Shown piece by piece: positions 42,583 through 56,158 of a stretch of DNA of 64,000 nucleotides. How positions within the stretch are numbered: position 1 is the first letter of the stretch; the number at the start of each line of letters is the position of its first letter. Source of the DNA: Amoebidium appalachense. Its lineage: Eukaryota > Protista > Ichthyosporea. The stretch is taken from assembly GCA_963693365.1 (NCBI GenBank), contig CAVNZM010000001.1, positions 12,817,918 to 12,881,917 on the forward strand. The letters run 5' to 3'. Below the pieces are notes generated by a model that made no database searches, was not told the origin of the DNA, and saw only the letters and a list, made by a program, of their open reading frames with translations. The translations under genes were made by a program, and so were the position numbers.

Positions 42583-44584
42583 TTACTGGGGCTTGGGCCA
42601 TGGGCCCTGCAGGCCATATTGCATGGCCCCATGGGCATCCCCTGCAGCCTGGACCTCATGTAGCATGGTGGCCAGCAGGCAGTCCAACAGGTCCTGCTTG
42701 GGCCTCAATAGTCGCAGCCAGTGGCTGTTGACGGCCTCGGTCTCCAGCGCACAGCCCATGCCCTCAGCCGCCTGCAGGTGGCCCTGTGCCGCCATGCTGC
42801 TGGCCCGCTGCAACATGGGCCACTTAGCACGTGCATGGCCCAAGGCCCCCCACAGCCCACCACCCACCCACCTCCTGCTGTGCCCTCTCTCGGTCCCGTT
42901 CGGCCCACGATAGGCTCTTGAACCTGTTCGCATATTATCCCTTAATTTACCCCCCCCCCCCCCCCCCCCCGGGGAAAAACCCCGCGTACCACTGCGCATA
43001 CTCTCCCGTGTCCACCCGCACCCCCTGTACGGCCCTGATGCAGGCCCAATCTGCCGCTGCCCGCCCGTATGCCTTTAATCACGTTAGCCAACAGCCCCCC
43101 CCCCCCCCCCCCCCTCCCACCCACCTGCAGTAGCTCAGCCAGGCCGTCCCTGTCCTGTGGCTGCACGTGCACCTGTGCCTGTGCCGGCAGTGGTGGGGGG
43201 CTGGGCAGGTCGGGCTCTGCTGGCGGCTGGCCTGGGGGGCCCGGGGCCACGGGGCTGCCGACAAACACAGGGGGGATGGGTGGCCGAGGGGGGTTGCGGG
43301 GGCTGGGTGCCCGGGCAGGAGAGGTGGAGGGGGGCACGGCAGTGCAGCCGGGAACATGATCCGAGTGGCCCAGATATCTGCTCCCAGCCAGTCTCAGTTC
43401 CATCATCCTCCCTCTCTTCCCTCCGCCCCCCCCCCCCCCTCCCCCCCCCCCACCACCACCCCTTCCCCCCCCCCCCTCCCCCCCCTTTCCCCCCGCACCT
43501 CCTCCCCCCCCCCCCCCCCCCCCCGACTTTCTCTCCCCTCTCACATAAGGTGCCGGGTGGTCACCTTTCATCCAGGGGCAGCAGCTGCAGGCGGGCCTGC
43601 AGCAGGGCCATTGCCGTGTGCTGGGTGTGCTTCTGGTAGTGCAGCACTAGGTACTGCTGCTTCATCTTGGCCAGCTGGGAACACCACAGAACCTCAGCCA
43701 CAACACCCCCCTCCCCACCCTTCCTCCCCCCCCCCCCCTCTCCCCCCCGCCCCAGTGCACGCACCTCGAAGGACGTGGGCTCGTCTGCCGGCTGTGTGGT
43801 GTCCACGGCGGCCCTGACTGCCTCTCTGAGCTCCAGCATACCCACCACCTGCGCCCAGGCCTTGTTGCGCTGCTCACGCTGCCGCTGCACAAGAGGTCAG
43901 CACTGGCTGGGGCCCCTTAACCCTCAGTGGGACCCCTCAACCCTTTGTTTCTTAACCCTCACTGGGGGGTACCTTGAGGGCGTTCTGCAGGGCCAGTATG
44001 CGGCGGCGCAGCTGCAGCTCGTCGTGTGGCTGCTGGCTGGTGGCTGCTGGCTGGCTGGCGGCCTGCAGCAGCTGCAGCTTTGCCTCCTGCACCTGCGCCT
44101 GGCTGGTGGCCACGTGGTCCTGGGTTTCCGCTATGTGCCCGTCCATGTCCAGCAGCAGCTCCTGCAGGATAATACGCCCCAGCCCTGCCGTGCTGCTGGC
44201 ATCCTGCAGGTGTGGGATAAACTGGTCCCGTATGCTCCTGCAAGGCCTTAGTATCCCTCTCCCCCCCCCCCCTCCCCCCTCCCCCCCTCCCCCACGCACA
44301 CACACACACAGACACCTGCCTCAGGGAGCGCTCCAGAGCACCCAAGTCCTGCAGCAGTGCCTCCAGGGTGGCCCGCAGCGCCTGGGTCAGGCACGGGCAC
44401 GGGGTTGGGCCGGCACCAGCACCCTGGAGTCAGGGTGCACGGGGTCAGCAGCACACAGGCACACAGACACAGGCCACGGGCAGACACCCACCTCCCTCTC
44501 TGTGGTCTTGTCGGCCATAGTGCCGCACGCGTCTGCAGCCTCCGGTCCCTCTGTGTCTGTGCCTGGACGGAGGTATGTGCGCAT
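42583..44584 (-). CDS. Probable spliced gene, coiled-coil protein of unknown function, divergent from SEPSECS
   Basis: Multiple GT-AG exons with CTRAC-type branch points; helical segments such as IILQELLLDMDGHIAETQDHVATSQAQVQEAKLQLLQ and LAKMKQQYLVLHYQKH; no family recognised. Confidence 0.6.
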
Positions 44585-45525
44585 GCTGGTCTGCAGGGCA
44601 GAAGGGTGTGCCTTAGGAGTGGTAGGGTCTGGTTGAATGTGTGCAAGTTGGCGGACGTGTGTGTGCGGCAGCAAAGAGTGCGACTGTAGTGATCTTGTGT
44701 CTTTATCTCTGCTAGACAAGTTTGCCTGTATGTGTGGGCAGTGTGCTTTGACGCATGAGGGTTACATTGTGCCACAGTGCAAGCGTGTGCGCGGGCGCAA
44801 ATGCTCTATGCATGTGTACGTGCCAGAATGTTTGCAGGCGTGCAGGCAGGGGCGCGTGCAGATTATGTGTGTACACTTGTGTTTTCATGCCCGTGTGTTT
44901 TTTGTGCCCAAGCACGCTGCCCACGCACTGCTCCTATACGCTGCTACTGTGACGGTGTTTGGGTACAAATTGTGTGTCTTGTGTGTGTGCGTGTGCACGT
45001 ATGCATAGGTTTTGTGTGAACTAAGGCTATGAGAGCTTGCCAGCCACCTTAGCTGGTGTCTTGACTGACCTGCGATAGCTGCGGCTGACCAGCACTGGTG
45101 TCTTCTGTCTGCGCTAGCAAATACCGTGTTGTGTCTGCGCTAGCATTTCTATCTTCTGTCTGCGTCTGCAGAACAGGTGCATTTGCTCTACTGTGCATGT
45201 TGTGAATATGCCAACTCACCACCATGATCTGCAGCCAATCATTAGCTTTATGTGGGTTACCCTGCCCGCGCTCGTCTTCCTCAGCCAATGGACAGCGCAC
45301 ACGGAAAGCCGTTGCCCACCGTTCTGGGCGATTATGCAATCTTACCTACACCCGAGAAGGGACTGTTCGCCGTGACGGGTGGCAGGCTCTGTCCTTACTC
45401 CACCCACAGCGCCAAGCATTCTATAGCTGTGCCGCACACACAAGCACAATAAAGCAGGGCCGCACACACAGGCACGCTAGCTGGGCCGTACACACAGTTG
45501 CAGGCGCAAGGCAGCAACTGTGGGC

Positions 45526-46491
45526 ATGGACGCCAAGAACCTGGACCTGGCATGTGGCCTGGTGCCTGCCGGCTACATACGCCAGGCCGCAGACGCCCTC
45601 AACTCACGCCGTAGCCGCATACGCAACCTGCTGGCCCAGGTGGCGCCCACACGGGGAGAGGGGGGGGGGGATGGGCGGGAGGAGCACAGGTGCAGGGCCT
45701 GACTGGGCGGGGCAGCGGCGGCTGCCGGAGTGTGGCTGGGACGAGAGCAACATCGAGTGGCTGGTGCAGGAGCTGGCGCTGATGGACAGCAACAACTTCC
45801 CGGGTGAGTGGGCGGCCCCCAAGTGCCCGGCCAGCTGCTGACAAACCTGCACAGAGAATGTCGGTGGGGGTGAGCGCGAGGCCCGCATACACAGCAGCCT
45901 GGTGCGAAGGCGCCACTACGGGTGCGTGCCTGCTGGGCTGGCTGGGCCCCACAGGGCCTGACGGGCTGGGGGCAGGCTGGGCCACGGCATAGGGCGGTCG
46001 GGGGACCTGGCCGAGGTGCAGCCTAAGGCCGCCGGGTCATCACTTATGGTGCAGCTGGCAGGCTGCCTGGCCCTGGACCTGCTGCGCTGTGCAGGTGAGT
46101 GGCCCCCGAATAATGGCCCCGGCCAGCAACAAGCACTGACAGTGACCCCTGCAGGCGCCACCCGCACGGCCGCCTGCTTTGTGCTGCCCGTGGCCACCGG
46201 CATGGCCCTAGTGTGTGCACCAACGGGGGGGGGGGGGGGGGGGGGGGGGGGGGAAGCTGGCTACTAACTGGCTCTTGCAGGTGCTGTGTCTGCTGACACT
46301 GTGGCAAAAACGACCACAAGCAAAGGTGGGTGGCTGGGGGCATATGGGGGGCAGCAGCCACCATGTGGTGGCTGGTTGCCTGTTCTTGCGCTGACCAGGG
46401 GGTGGCTGCAGTATGTGGTGTGGCCCCGCATGGACCAGAAGTCGTGCCTGAAGGCAATGTTGACGGCAGGTGCGTGTCTGCAAACAGGGGG

Positions 46492-46532
<41 letters not shown>

Positions 46533-47234
46533 GGATAGGAGCTGAGGTTGTTGCAGGGCTGGAGGTTGTTGTGGCAGACAACGTGGTGGAGGGGGACGAG
46601 GTGTGCACAGACCTGGCAGCCGTGGGCCAGGCGCTGGACCGGCTAGGTGACCAGGTGCTGGCCGTAGTCTGCACCACCAGCTGCTTTGCCCCCAGGGCCC
46701 CCGACAGGTGCGTGTGCCCCCCAGCGCCCGGCCCAGACAGCTGACGTGGGGCTTAGGGTGGTGGAGCTGGCACAGCTGGCCCAGGCACGGGGGGTGGCCC
46801 TAGTGGTCAACAACGCATACGGCGTGCAGGCTGGCCGCACCATGCATGCCATCAACGAGGCTATGCGCTTGGTGGGTGGCCTGCGCCCAGCCTCCAACCT
46901 CTTAAGCGCACAGCGGCTCACAGCACCGGCGGGGGCTGCAGGGGCGTGTGGACCTTGTGGTATCCAGCACGGACAAGAACCTGCTTGTGCCCGTGGGTGG
47001 CGCCCTGCTGTGGGGGCCCGACAGCCACAGCCGGGTGGCCGACGTTTGCAAGGCCTATCCCGGTGCGTGCACAGCGCTAGCCCCCAGGCCAAGCGGGCAC
47101 GTGCTGACGGCGCACAGGCAGGGCATCGGGTGGGCCCGCACTGGACGTGCTGCTGACCCTGCTGGGCATGGGCAGCAGCGGCTACAAGGCCCTGCTGCAG
47201 GCACGCAAGGTAGGGGTGTGTTGGGGGCGGAAGT

Positions 47235-47282
<48 letters not shown>

Positions 47283-48030
47283 GGGGCTGGGCTGATGTTG
47301 AGGCAGGAGGTCTACGTGCACTTGCGCACGGGCCTGGAGACGGTGGCTGCACGGCACGGCCTGAGGCTGCTGCACACCCCAAGCAACCCCATATCCCTCG
47401 GTACCCCCCACACACCAGCACAAAACACAACACACAGCCCGACAATCCAGCACACAACACCCCACACAGTCCCAATACCCCTGCATGGAGTGTGTGTGCC
47501 TTGGCAGACTCCTCCAGCCCTGCTTGGCGTGTGGCCGTGGGCTGACAGCAGGGCGCAGGTATCACGCTGCCTGCTGTGGCCGAGGGGGTGGCCAACGACA
47601 GCGAGCTCACCATGCTCGGCTCCATGCTGTTTGCCCGGGGGGTGTCCGGCACACGGTACGTGCGACCCGGCGGCAAGCACCCGGCCAGGGGTTGCTGAGG
47701 GAGGGGGGGCAGTGTGGTCAGCGGGCGGGGCAGCAAGGATATCGGGGGCCTGGCCTTTGACGGTGGGCACCCTGGGCCTGGGGCGTTTGTGTGGGGGCAC
47801 TGACACTGCAGCAGGGTACGGGGCACACGTGGGTCACTACCCCACGCCGTATTTGACGGCCGCAGCGGCACTGGGCATGACCAAGGCCGAGGCCGACACC
47901 CTGCTGGCCCGCCTGGACAGCACCCTGCAGGCCCACGCCAAAAGGTGTGTGGCCCCTAGGCCCAGGCCGGGACAGGGAACTGAGCTCTGGCTGCAGGCAA
48001 CAGCAGGAAACACCAAGCGGCCCACAATAG
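45526..48030 (+). CDS. SEPSECS: O-phosphoseryl-tRNA(Sec) selenium transferase, ~16 exons
   Basis: [83 protein letters not shown] (PLP lysine), YPG|[27 protein letters not shown]. Confidence 0.97.
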
Positions 48031-48033
48031 GCC

Positions 48034-48074
<41 letters not shown>

Positions 48075-49092
48075 TTTGTGTGTGTGTGCGTGTGTATGTG
48101 TGTGTGTGCGCGCGTGAGGGGGGAGGGGCAAGGCCAGCTGGGGAGCCACAGTGAGCAGTCTGGCAGCCACCCTCCCTCTCCTTCTCCCATCTGCCCTGCA
48201 CGCAGACAGCAGCCCAAAGCACTACCGACACAAGCAGTGCCTGTGCTTGCCGGCTTTACATCAGGGACCTCCAAGCTGCGCCGAAGACCGTGACGTGAAA
48301 TGGGTGCCCTTCAGGCCCGGGAGCACCCTGGCCCACTTCGAATTCATATAAACCTAGCTTTACACCCCCTGTGCCAACTGGCCAAGCACCCGTTTTGGCT
48401 TCACTCAAGCACAGCCTGTGCCGGCCCTGGCCTGCCGCCCCCCCCCCCCCCCCTGGTGTGCGGGGGTGATCACGTGTCCCCCCCCCCCCCCCCCCCTCCC
48501 CCCCTCTCTCACCCCGAGTGTGCTAAGTGTACTTTTACGCAAGACCAGGCAAGTGTGTCACATTAGTCAGGCCCTTTCTATCGTAGGGTTCACGGTTTGT
48601 ACACGAGTGTGCACGTGGCGGTGTGTGGGTGCCATCTGCAGGGTGAATGGGCCTTTAAGGACTGCAAACAATAAACTTTGCCCGTGTTCTGAGATTCGTT
48701 CGTTGGTGCTTGCACCATCTGCTTGCATATGCATTGTGACGCGGTTTTTGTGTGAGCATCTGAAGTTTGTGTGTGCGACGGTGTGTGTGTGTGCACGTGT
48801 GTGTGCGGTGTGTTTGGTGGTGGTGGTGGGGGGGCTCGTACTGAAAGAATTGAATTGGTTTTTTGCGCCACAACGAGAACTGTACCGTATGTTACAGTAA
48901 CGTAACTTACCTGATGCAGTCATCCTTGGCATCATGGCTTGGCCTACTGCCCTAGAGTGCAAAAAGAACATTATTTCAGCTATGAAAATCGCTAGTTAAC
49001 ATAGCATGACCTTGTTCACATTTCTTACCTGATTTACTATTATATGTTCAAGTATGTTGGAAAAAAAGAATTAAACCGGGTACATTTTTCAG

Positions 49093-49931
49093 TTTGTTTC
49101 GTACTCGGTTTGTGCCTCCCTTAATCAGTATGTTTGGATTGTCGTCTGCTGTTTGTCGTATGGAGGAATTGTCTCTTCGTTTTTGTTTTCATTTAGTTAG
49201 GCTACCTGATGGTCACCCTCTTTATGCTTTCTTTCCCCCCCCTCCCTCCATCCCTCTTCCCCCTCGATTCACCAACGCTACTTCTGAATGTCCTCAGCCT
49301 ACCCTCTTTCCACCTGATTCTTCCTCTCGCTATCTCACTCCCTCTTTCTTTTCTCTTCCTGTTTTTTCTGCCTTTTCGCGTTATTACCATACGCAGTGTA
49401 AGTTTCTTTCTCGTTCTGATAGAGAAATCAAAGGTAAAACTCAGTCGGCATGTGTTATGTTCCTTAGGCAACACCGTACTGATCATTGTCGCTCTTTGGG
49501 AGCTTTGGCAGGATACATTTCTCCTGCTGTACGAATGGATACCACCCTAGTAGATAAGTCTGTATGGTGCTCTGTTGTTGATATTGCCTGGGAAGTTGTG
49601 CAGTGGCGCTTTAATTCTTGTTTTCATCGCCGCTGATGCCACTTTTGTGCTGACCTTTTTAATCGCAAGCATGTTGATAGGTGTGAATTTTTATGTCGCG
49701 TTTTACCTCTTTCCCTCCGGGTATCTGCTACACTAGCAGGCAATGTGAACACTTTAGACTTTTTGTTGAATTCTGTAGGTCGTCACATTGAGTATTTATA
49801 TGATTTTCACACAGTGTTCAGGTATCTCAGTATGCACTTGTTACTGGATAACTCGTGAAGTTTTTATTGTCTTCTCAGTATGCCGTGCATACTTGCATAT
49901 CTTTCCGTCGAATAAATCCAGTCAAAAGAAA
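49093..49931 (+). mobile_element. LINE A copy 3, 5'-truncated 3' end
   Basis: Matches 37053-37895; flanked by imperfect TSD ACATTTT(T)CAGT at 49082-49093 and 49932-49942. Confidence 0.92.
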
Positions 49932-50803
49932 ACATTTTCAGTCTCAAATTGAGTTTTGGGGGATCCGCGCGGGCAGGAGCTGTTACGTAATCAGGGTAGC
50001 TGGGGTATTTGGGGAAATTGGAGTCAACTGAATGCCGTCGCCTATCTTGGTTTCAACAGGTGGCTGTAGAATGAAGTGCTTTGTTTTATTTTCCTCAAAT
50101 TCATGTATTTATATGTTCAATACAATGAGGGGCAACCTGCATATTGCGCTGCATGAAAATTTCTAAACCTTGTTGGCATGGCTCCGGAGTCGGTGACCTC
50201 GGGACTCAGTCGGCACTCGGCAGCTGACCATCGACCAATCACATGCGCGATCCAGCTGTCAGCCAGGAGCCACCCCCATTGGCGCGAGGTCATGGGCAGT
50301 CATGTCTTCTTTGCCACGCGCACGTGATGGCAGGCGGGATGGAGTCCAAGTTGCAGCATTGTATACTATATCTACCCCTGCTTTTTTGCACTTCATATAT
50401 TTGGCACAGACCTGAGCCAAAACGGTGACTGCGCTGTGGCCTGGCATTGTAAAAGTGTCACACAACCTGCCAGTGGAGTACCCAAGACTGCAGCCAATCA
50501 TATCAAGAGATGTGCTGATTGGCTTGCAGGCATGTGATCTGCCAGTATAAATATTCCCCCGCACAGTTAGATTCAGTCGAAAGCTTACGGTCTTGAGACC
50601 TACATTGTCTTGCATTTTCGTTTCATTCTCACTTTACCTTGTGAGATTTCGTAAGATCCGTTTAAGATCCTTCTACCGTTTACGATCCACGATCCTTCTA
50701 CCCATCTGATCTGAGCGCGTGTTTATAAGGTGTTCGTTTGCCTCTAGACATCACTCTCCATTAATATTAGCAGCACACAACGAAGCAGTGGACAGTTCCT
50801 ACC

Positions 50804-51604
50804 ATGGCAGCCGAGGGAGTCAGCGTGTGCTACTCGTCTGAGCGCAGTGTGGCCGAGGTCTACCGTGACGTGCGTGTGCTTGCCAAGGACAGTGCGCGGC
50901 CGCAGAAGCAGCTGGTGCGCCGGGGCACGCTGTGCCATGCAACGGGCGACGTAGCGGGATGGGGGGCCGCAGCTGCGGGGGCACGGTCGCTGCTGGAGGA
51001 GGTGGAGTGGGCCGTGGCAGCCGACGGCATGGCGCCACCAGCCACGTGGCAGGCTGCAGAGCCGCAGCCCAGGGCCGTGCGGCGGGCCAAGCTGTTTCTG
51101 CACCCGACACGCGCCATGCAAGGCGACGTAACAGAGGCCGTGGGCGAGACACTGCGGGCCACGGGGGGGCGGCTGCAGCAGCTGGTTTTGTCTGTGGGGG
51201 AGCTGGACTGCGACCTGCTGCTGGCCCTGTGGGCCGAGGCCTGTGCCCTCAGGGCCGACGGCACCGTGCAGGCACTGGGCCTGGCCGACCTGGACCCAAA
51301 GACCCTGGCCTGGCTGCTGGCCCACGCACCAGCGCCAGACACCGTGCAGGCGCTGTGGGCCGACACTGTGGCCGTGGACGGGCAGCTGCAGGCACTGTGC
51401 CGGGCACACGGGGTAGCCCTGAGCACACACGGGGACACAGACACACGCCTGGAGGGAATGCAGGGCGGCCTGGGCCAGGCCCTGGGGCTGGCGGGGGCCA
51501 GGCTGGCGCCCCAGTGGGTGCTGAGGCACACGGCCGTGGCACCGGACCGGGCCGTGCTGCTGGCACGGGCATACGTGCTAAAGGCAAACTACACCCTGGT
51601 GTAG
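50804..51604 (+). CDS. GCLM: Glutamate-cysteine ligase regulatory (modifier) subunit, intronless
   Basis: 266 aa; HATGDVAGW, AKLFL, LWAE..GTVQALGLADLD, LSTHGD, PQWVLRHTAV..RAVLLARAYVL parallel human GCLM LQTGNLLNW, AKLFI, IGTSDLD, LLTHND, PLWLLRYSV..RGIIKSKGYIL. Confidence 0.82.
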   Translation: MAAEGVSVCYSSERSVAEVYRDVRVLAKDSARPQKQLVRRGTLCHATGDVAGWGAAAAGARSLLEEVEWAVAADGMAPPATWQAAEPQPRAVRRAKLFLHPTRAMQGDVTEAVGETLRATGGRLQQLVLSVGELDCDLLLALWAEACALRADGTVQALGLADLDPKTLAWLLAHAPAPDTVQALWADTVAVDGQLQALCRAHGVALSTHGDTDTRLEGMQGGLGQALGLAGARLAPQWVLRHTAVAPDRAVLLARAYVLKANYTLV

Positions 51605-51692
51605 TGGTATTTCCTATTGTATTGGTATGAATGATTGGGGATGGGTATCAGGGTGGTGCAGGCTGGGCCTGTGCTGCTGTAGCTATGCACGA

Positions 51693-51962
51693 AGGACACA
51701 AAGAGCTATCGAAACAAGCACAACCTTAGCAATACCCTTGTAAGACACCTTGTAAGACACAGAGCTATCGAATAAAGGACAAACTTAGCTATACCCTTGT
51801 GGGACAGGACACAGAGCTATCGAATAAAGGACAAACTTAGCAATACCCTTGCAATTGTGGGACAGGACACAGGGCTATCGAATAAGGGACAAACTTAGCT
51901 ATACCCTTGTGGGACAGGACACAGAGCTATCGAATAAAGGACAAACTTAGCAATACCCTTGC
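51693..51962. repeat. ~52-bp minisatellite x5 in the GCLM 3' region
   Basis: Unit ACACAGAGCTATCGAATAAAGGACAAACTTAGC(T/A)ATACCCTTGTGGGACAGG. Confidence 0.9.
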
Positions 51963-53128
51963 AGGACCTGACGGCCTGATTCTGCCGGTCCACCGTAGTC
52001 CTTGTCACACGTGTGTGCACATGTTACTTTGTTCATCCCTTTGACACTTGCACGTACGTATCATGAAATTTACCAAAGCACACTACCGGCTTTTTTTTGT
52101 TTTGTGATCAGATATTAAACTGGGAGTCCATGCTTAGATAATAAATAAGTGCCTGTGTGTCATGTCCGAGCCTCTCAAAAATCCCCCCCCCCCCCCATCC
52201 CCTACGTGCACATAGACACGCACCGTTGGCAATGTGTATGTACCGTTGGCAATATATGTGTGACGGGCAAGTGGTTGTGTACTGCTGTTCCCTTTATGCA
52301 CACAGATAGACAAACATTTACTCAAGTAGCTGTAAACACACACATTCATTCAATATACCCAGACGTGTTTTTGCCAATGTCTGGCTCTTCGTCTTACATT
52401 CCATTATGGACACATATTTCCTCAGCCACGGCACTGCCAATCACAATGCATAGTGTCCGTGGTGTCCCTCCAGACCATTCTACACTTTCCTTTCTTTTCT
52501 TTTCTTTTTCTTTTTCTTTTTTTTTTCCTGTCCGCATTTTTTCTTTTTTCGGCGGGCCAGGGGGGGGGGGGGGGGGGGGTTACCCTTTATACAAGGTGAG
52601 ACTTCGGCCATCCTCGATAAGGGAAGAGGGTGGGTGGGTGGGTTCCTTCCTGCTTTTTTTCTTTTTTCGGAGGGCCGGGGGGAAGGGGGAGGGGGGGAGG
52701 GGGTCTCACCCTTATCACAAGGTGAGACTTCGGCCATCCTCAATAAGGGAAAAGGGTGGGTGGGTGGGTGGGGAGGGTGGCAGCAGGTGTGCTATGATAC
52801 ATGCACTTTTTATTTTTATTTTATTATTATTATTAATTAGTTGTTCATTTATTTCGTGTGTATGCAGTGTTATCTCTGACCTCTCAATCCCCTCCCCACT
52901 CCACGAGGGGATGGCCGGGGGAACGGGGGTGGGAGGAGAGGGGTTTGGTAATTGTGGTGGTGGTGTGTGTGTGTGTGTTGGGGGGGAGAGGGGGGCATGT
53001 ACATGTGCCTGTGCAGTGCGTTCCTAACGGTGTGTCAGGGTCAGCTCTGACGTACTACTGTAGCTGGCAGGCCGTGGGGGGAGGGGGAATGGTTGGGTGG
53101 GTGTAGGTGTGTGTGTGTGTGTGGGGGT

Positions 53129-53167
<39 letters not shown>

Positions 53168-53313
53168 TTGACGGCCAGTTGGTGTGGATGGTGGTCCGAC
53201 AGCACTGGTGGTGGTTGTGGGAGTGGACTGTGCTGCCGTGTCTGTGTGTGTGTTCTTTTTTTGTTTTTGTTTGGGGGGAGGGGGGGGGGGTCGCAGTGTA
53301 ATCAATTGTGTGT

Positions 53314-53353
<40 letters not shown>

Positions 53354-53556
53354 GTGTGCGTGTGCGTGTGTGTGTTGTGTGTTGTGTGCGTGTCACAGTG
53401 TGTGTTTGTAGTGGTGGAAGAAAGGGGAGGGTTTTTACTTTTTTTTTTTTTTACATTTTTTTTTTCGAAGTTTCTAATCTATTTTTTGTTTTTGTGTATA
53501 TTTTCAAATTCAGGAAGTATATTTTTGTTTTCTTTTTCTTTTTTTTTTTTTTTTTT

Positions 53557-53608
<52 letters not shown>

Positions 53609-53639
53609 CCGCATTAATATTAAACAATCAGTTCATCGT

Positions 53640-54225
53640 AGCAGATATTGGCAGCTGTTGATTGGCAGAAGTCCGTACGACGGAGGCCCCTAGGTATAGG
53701 GAGATCGTCGACATAAGGTGTCAAAAAACAGTCACAACTTCGGATAATTACCACCACTGAAATAAAAGCATAAACCCAATCATTGGGCCAAAACCCTAAG
53801 TTTGTCTGGGTACTAAATGGCCAACCCCTGTAAACATGCTTGTTTATATTGTCAGGTAGACTACGGGAGTTGCGCCCTGTAGTTAGTCGCGCTTACTGGC
53901 CAATCAAAATGGTTGGTCGGGAAGCAGCGGCGTTGTCCTACAATCGCACGGCGAACTGCCCCCTATAAAAGGTGGCAGTATCAGCCAGATCCAATCAGTT
54001 GGGAACATGCCTGGACTCGAATCGATGAGTTCCGAGGATAAAATCCCATCTCAAGATTGATCAGATCCCATACTGTGAATGCAATCTGCGCTGCCGCTAT
54101 GATACACAACCAAATTTACACCCCCCGCTCAGCCTGAGGGGCCTGGTGGCCCTTTTACGTCGCTTGGGATCGAACCATTCCCCTTTGATTTTACGTCATC
54201 AGATCGTGTTTTGTCCAATCAGGTG
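53640..54225. promoter_or_regulatory. CCAAT/TATA-rich, CpG-containing promoter-like (or LTR-like) block
   Basis: At least five CCAATC/GATTGG motifs and CCTATAAAAG at ~53962; lacks microsatellites. Confidence 0.35.
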
Positions 54226-56158
54226 CGAGAGAGGGTCGGTCATACGGACCTATCTGCTGTTGAATCGTATCCGGAGTTCCTTATCAGCATCACCGCCTTT
54301 GGGTGGGTATGGGATCTGAGACCACAAACAGACGAAGTAAATACATACAGACTGAGCCACCTAGCAGCTAGCACGGCGGAACGATGCCGGGGGCCTATGC
54401 CCAACACTTTTTATACGCTGGGCCGTTACTGAAGTCAGCTAAGCCCTAGGGGGAGGCCTAACGTGGTGTGGTGGTGCTGCAGGGTGGGGGTGATGGGATG
54501 CATATTGAATCCCATGTGATGTGGTGTGGTGGTGGCTGCCGTGCGGCTGTACATGTGGTGTGTTGTTCACTCGTCTTTGTGTGTGTGTGGGGGGGGGGGA
54601 GGGGGCGGAGGGGAGGGGGGGGGGGGGGGGGGGGGAAGGGCGGAGGGGGGAGGGGGACATTCAATAATCATGGTGCACAGTAATCGATGGTGAGCCTCAC
54701 ATGATGATCCGGGCAGCAGCTGGCACGGCAACTATTGCAGGCTAGCGCTGCCGGAACCCAGCTCATCAGCCAGGCGGGGGCGTGACGGTAACATGGTCAG
54801 GCTGGGGTTTTTGGGCGACTAGCGGAGCAACTGCAGCGGCCAGTGGCCCAGGAGTTTCGGCAGTGCACCTGCAGATCTGCGCATGAAGTCACAGATGTAT
54901 CTCTGCACTCACGAGGTGACCCTGGTCCTGAGGTGAGGTGGGCCTCGGGGTTTAAGGGAAAGAACCCCCATATATCAACTATTGCCTATGTACAGTAACT
55001 AGTGGCCTGCATGGCTCACGCCACATTTTAGTTCAGACACTAGCCAAGGTGGCAAACATCTGAACTGTATCTGGTTGGTTTCATGAGTGCCACCTGGGCC
55101 TGCGGCCGGACAGTAGGCTGGCTGTTATACACACTCCATTGTACGTATTTGTGACATCTATATGGTGTTAAAATCACTGGGCAAGTTACGTGTGTGGCCA
55201 TGGGTGTCTGCTGTGAATGTGCCGTGTGTGTTGTGGTATTATGCAATCCATATATCAATCTATATCTAGTAATGCATGATCATTAAAGGTACCGTAAAAG
55301 TGTGTGTGTTGTTTGGGTATGCAAACGTTAACGATGCATGCAATATGCCACACAGCCATTAGACTTCATGGATCTCCTCTGTATAGCGTGCACATGTACA
55401 GCAAGAGCGTGGCAAGTGGTCAAAAATACCATGAGCTAGAGATCCAGACAGGCCAGTTCTAGATATAGTGTGGCAAAGTGTATTTAGGTGTCACACATTT
55501 GCGTGTTTGGCAATTTGTTAGGGCGGCCATTATATGATGTACATCGTGGCTCAAGGTGTCGTTTTCCAATATACCTGATTGCATCGTGTCTTGGAGTCTT
55601 CTGGTATCGAACGTTCTCCATTTTCCATATTGTGTGATTATCTTATGTATGTACATGCCAGGCAGCCCTGTAAAATACGTGGCAGCATATACTATGAGTG
55701 TACATGCCTGCATTAGGGTGGCATGCATGTATAACCATTGCATACATGCATTCATTAGTGTGCCATGCACGGATAGTATTTGTCCATGCATTTATAATAT
55801 TAGAGTGCCATGCACTTATCATATTAGTGTGCCATGCATACATAATATTAATGTGCCATATGCACACCATTGACACTTATACCATTCCATCGATCCCACC
55901 CTATTCGAACTACTGCATGCATCCTCCAATGTGGGTTGATTGCCGGCAACAACAAACTCTACACAGCACCCTCGTAGCCAACCCCCCATGAGCCTGTGCA
56001 GTCGGCCAGGAGACCACCAAGGACCCACCCACTATGGAAACATTTGGCCTACATACGTAGAAGGCACCACGGCCTAGCTCAGACCGTGGGCCCAAGCCAG
56101 CCAGCCAGCAGCCAGCAGCACAACCCTCGTGCCAAGGCTCCCCCCTCCCCCAGCAGGC

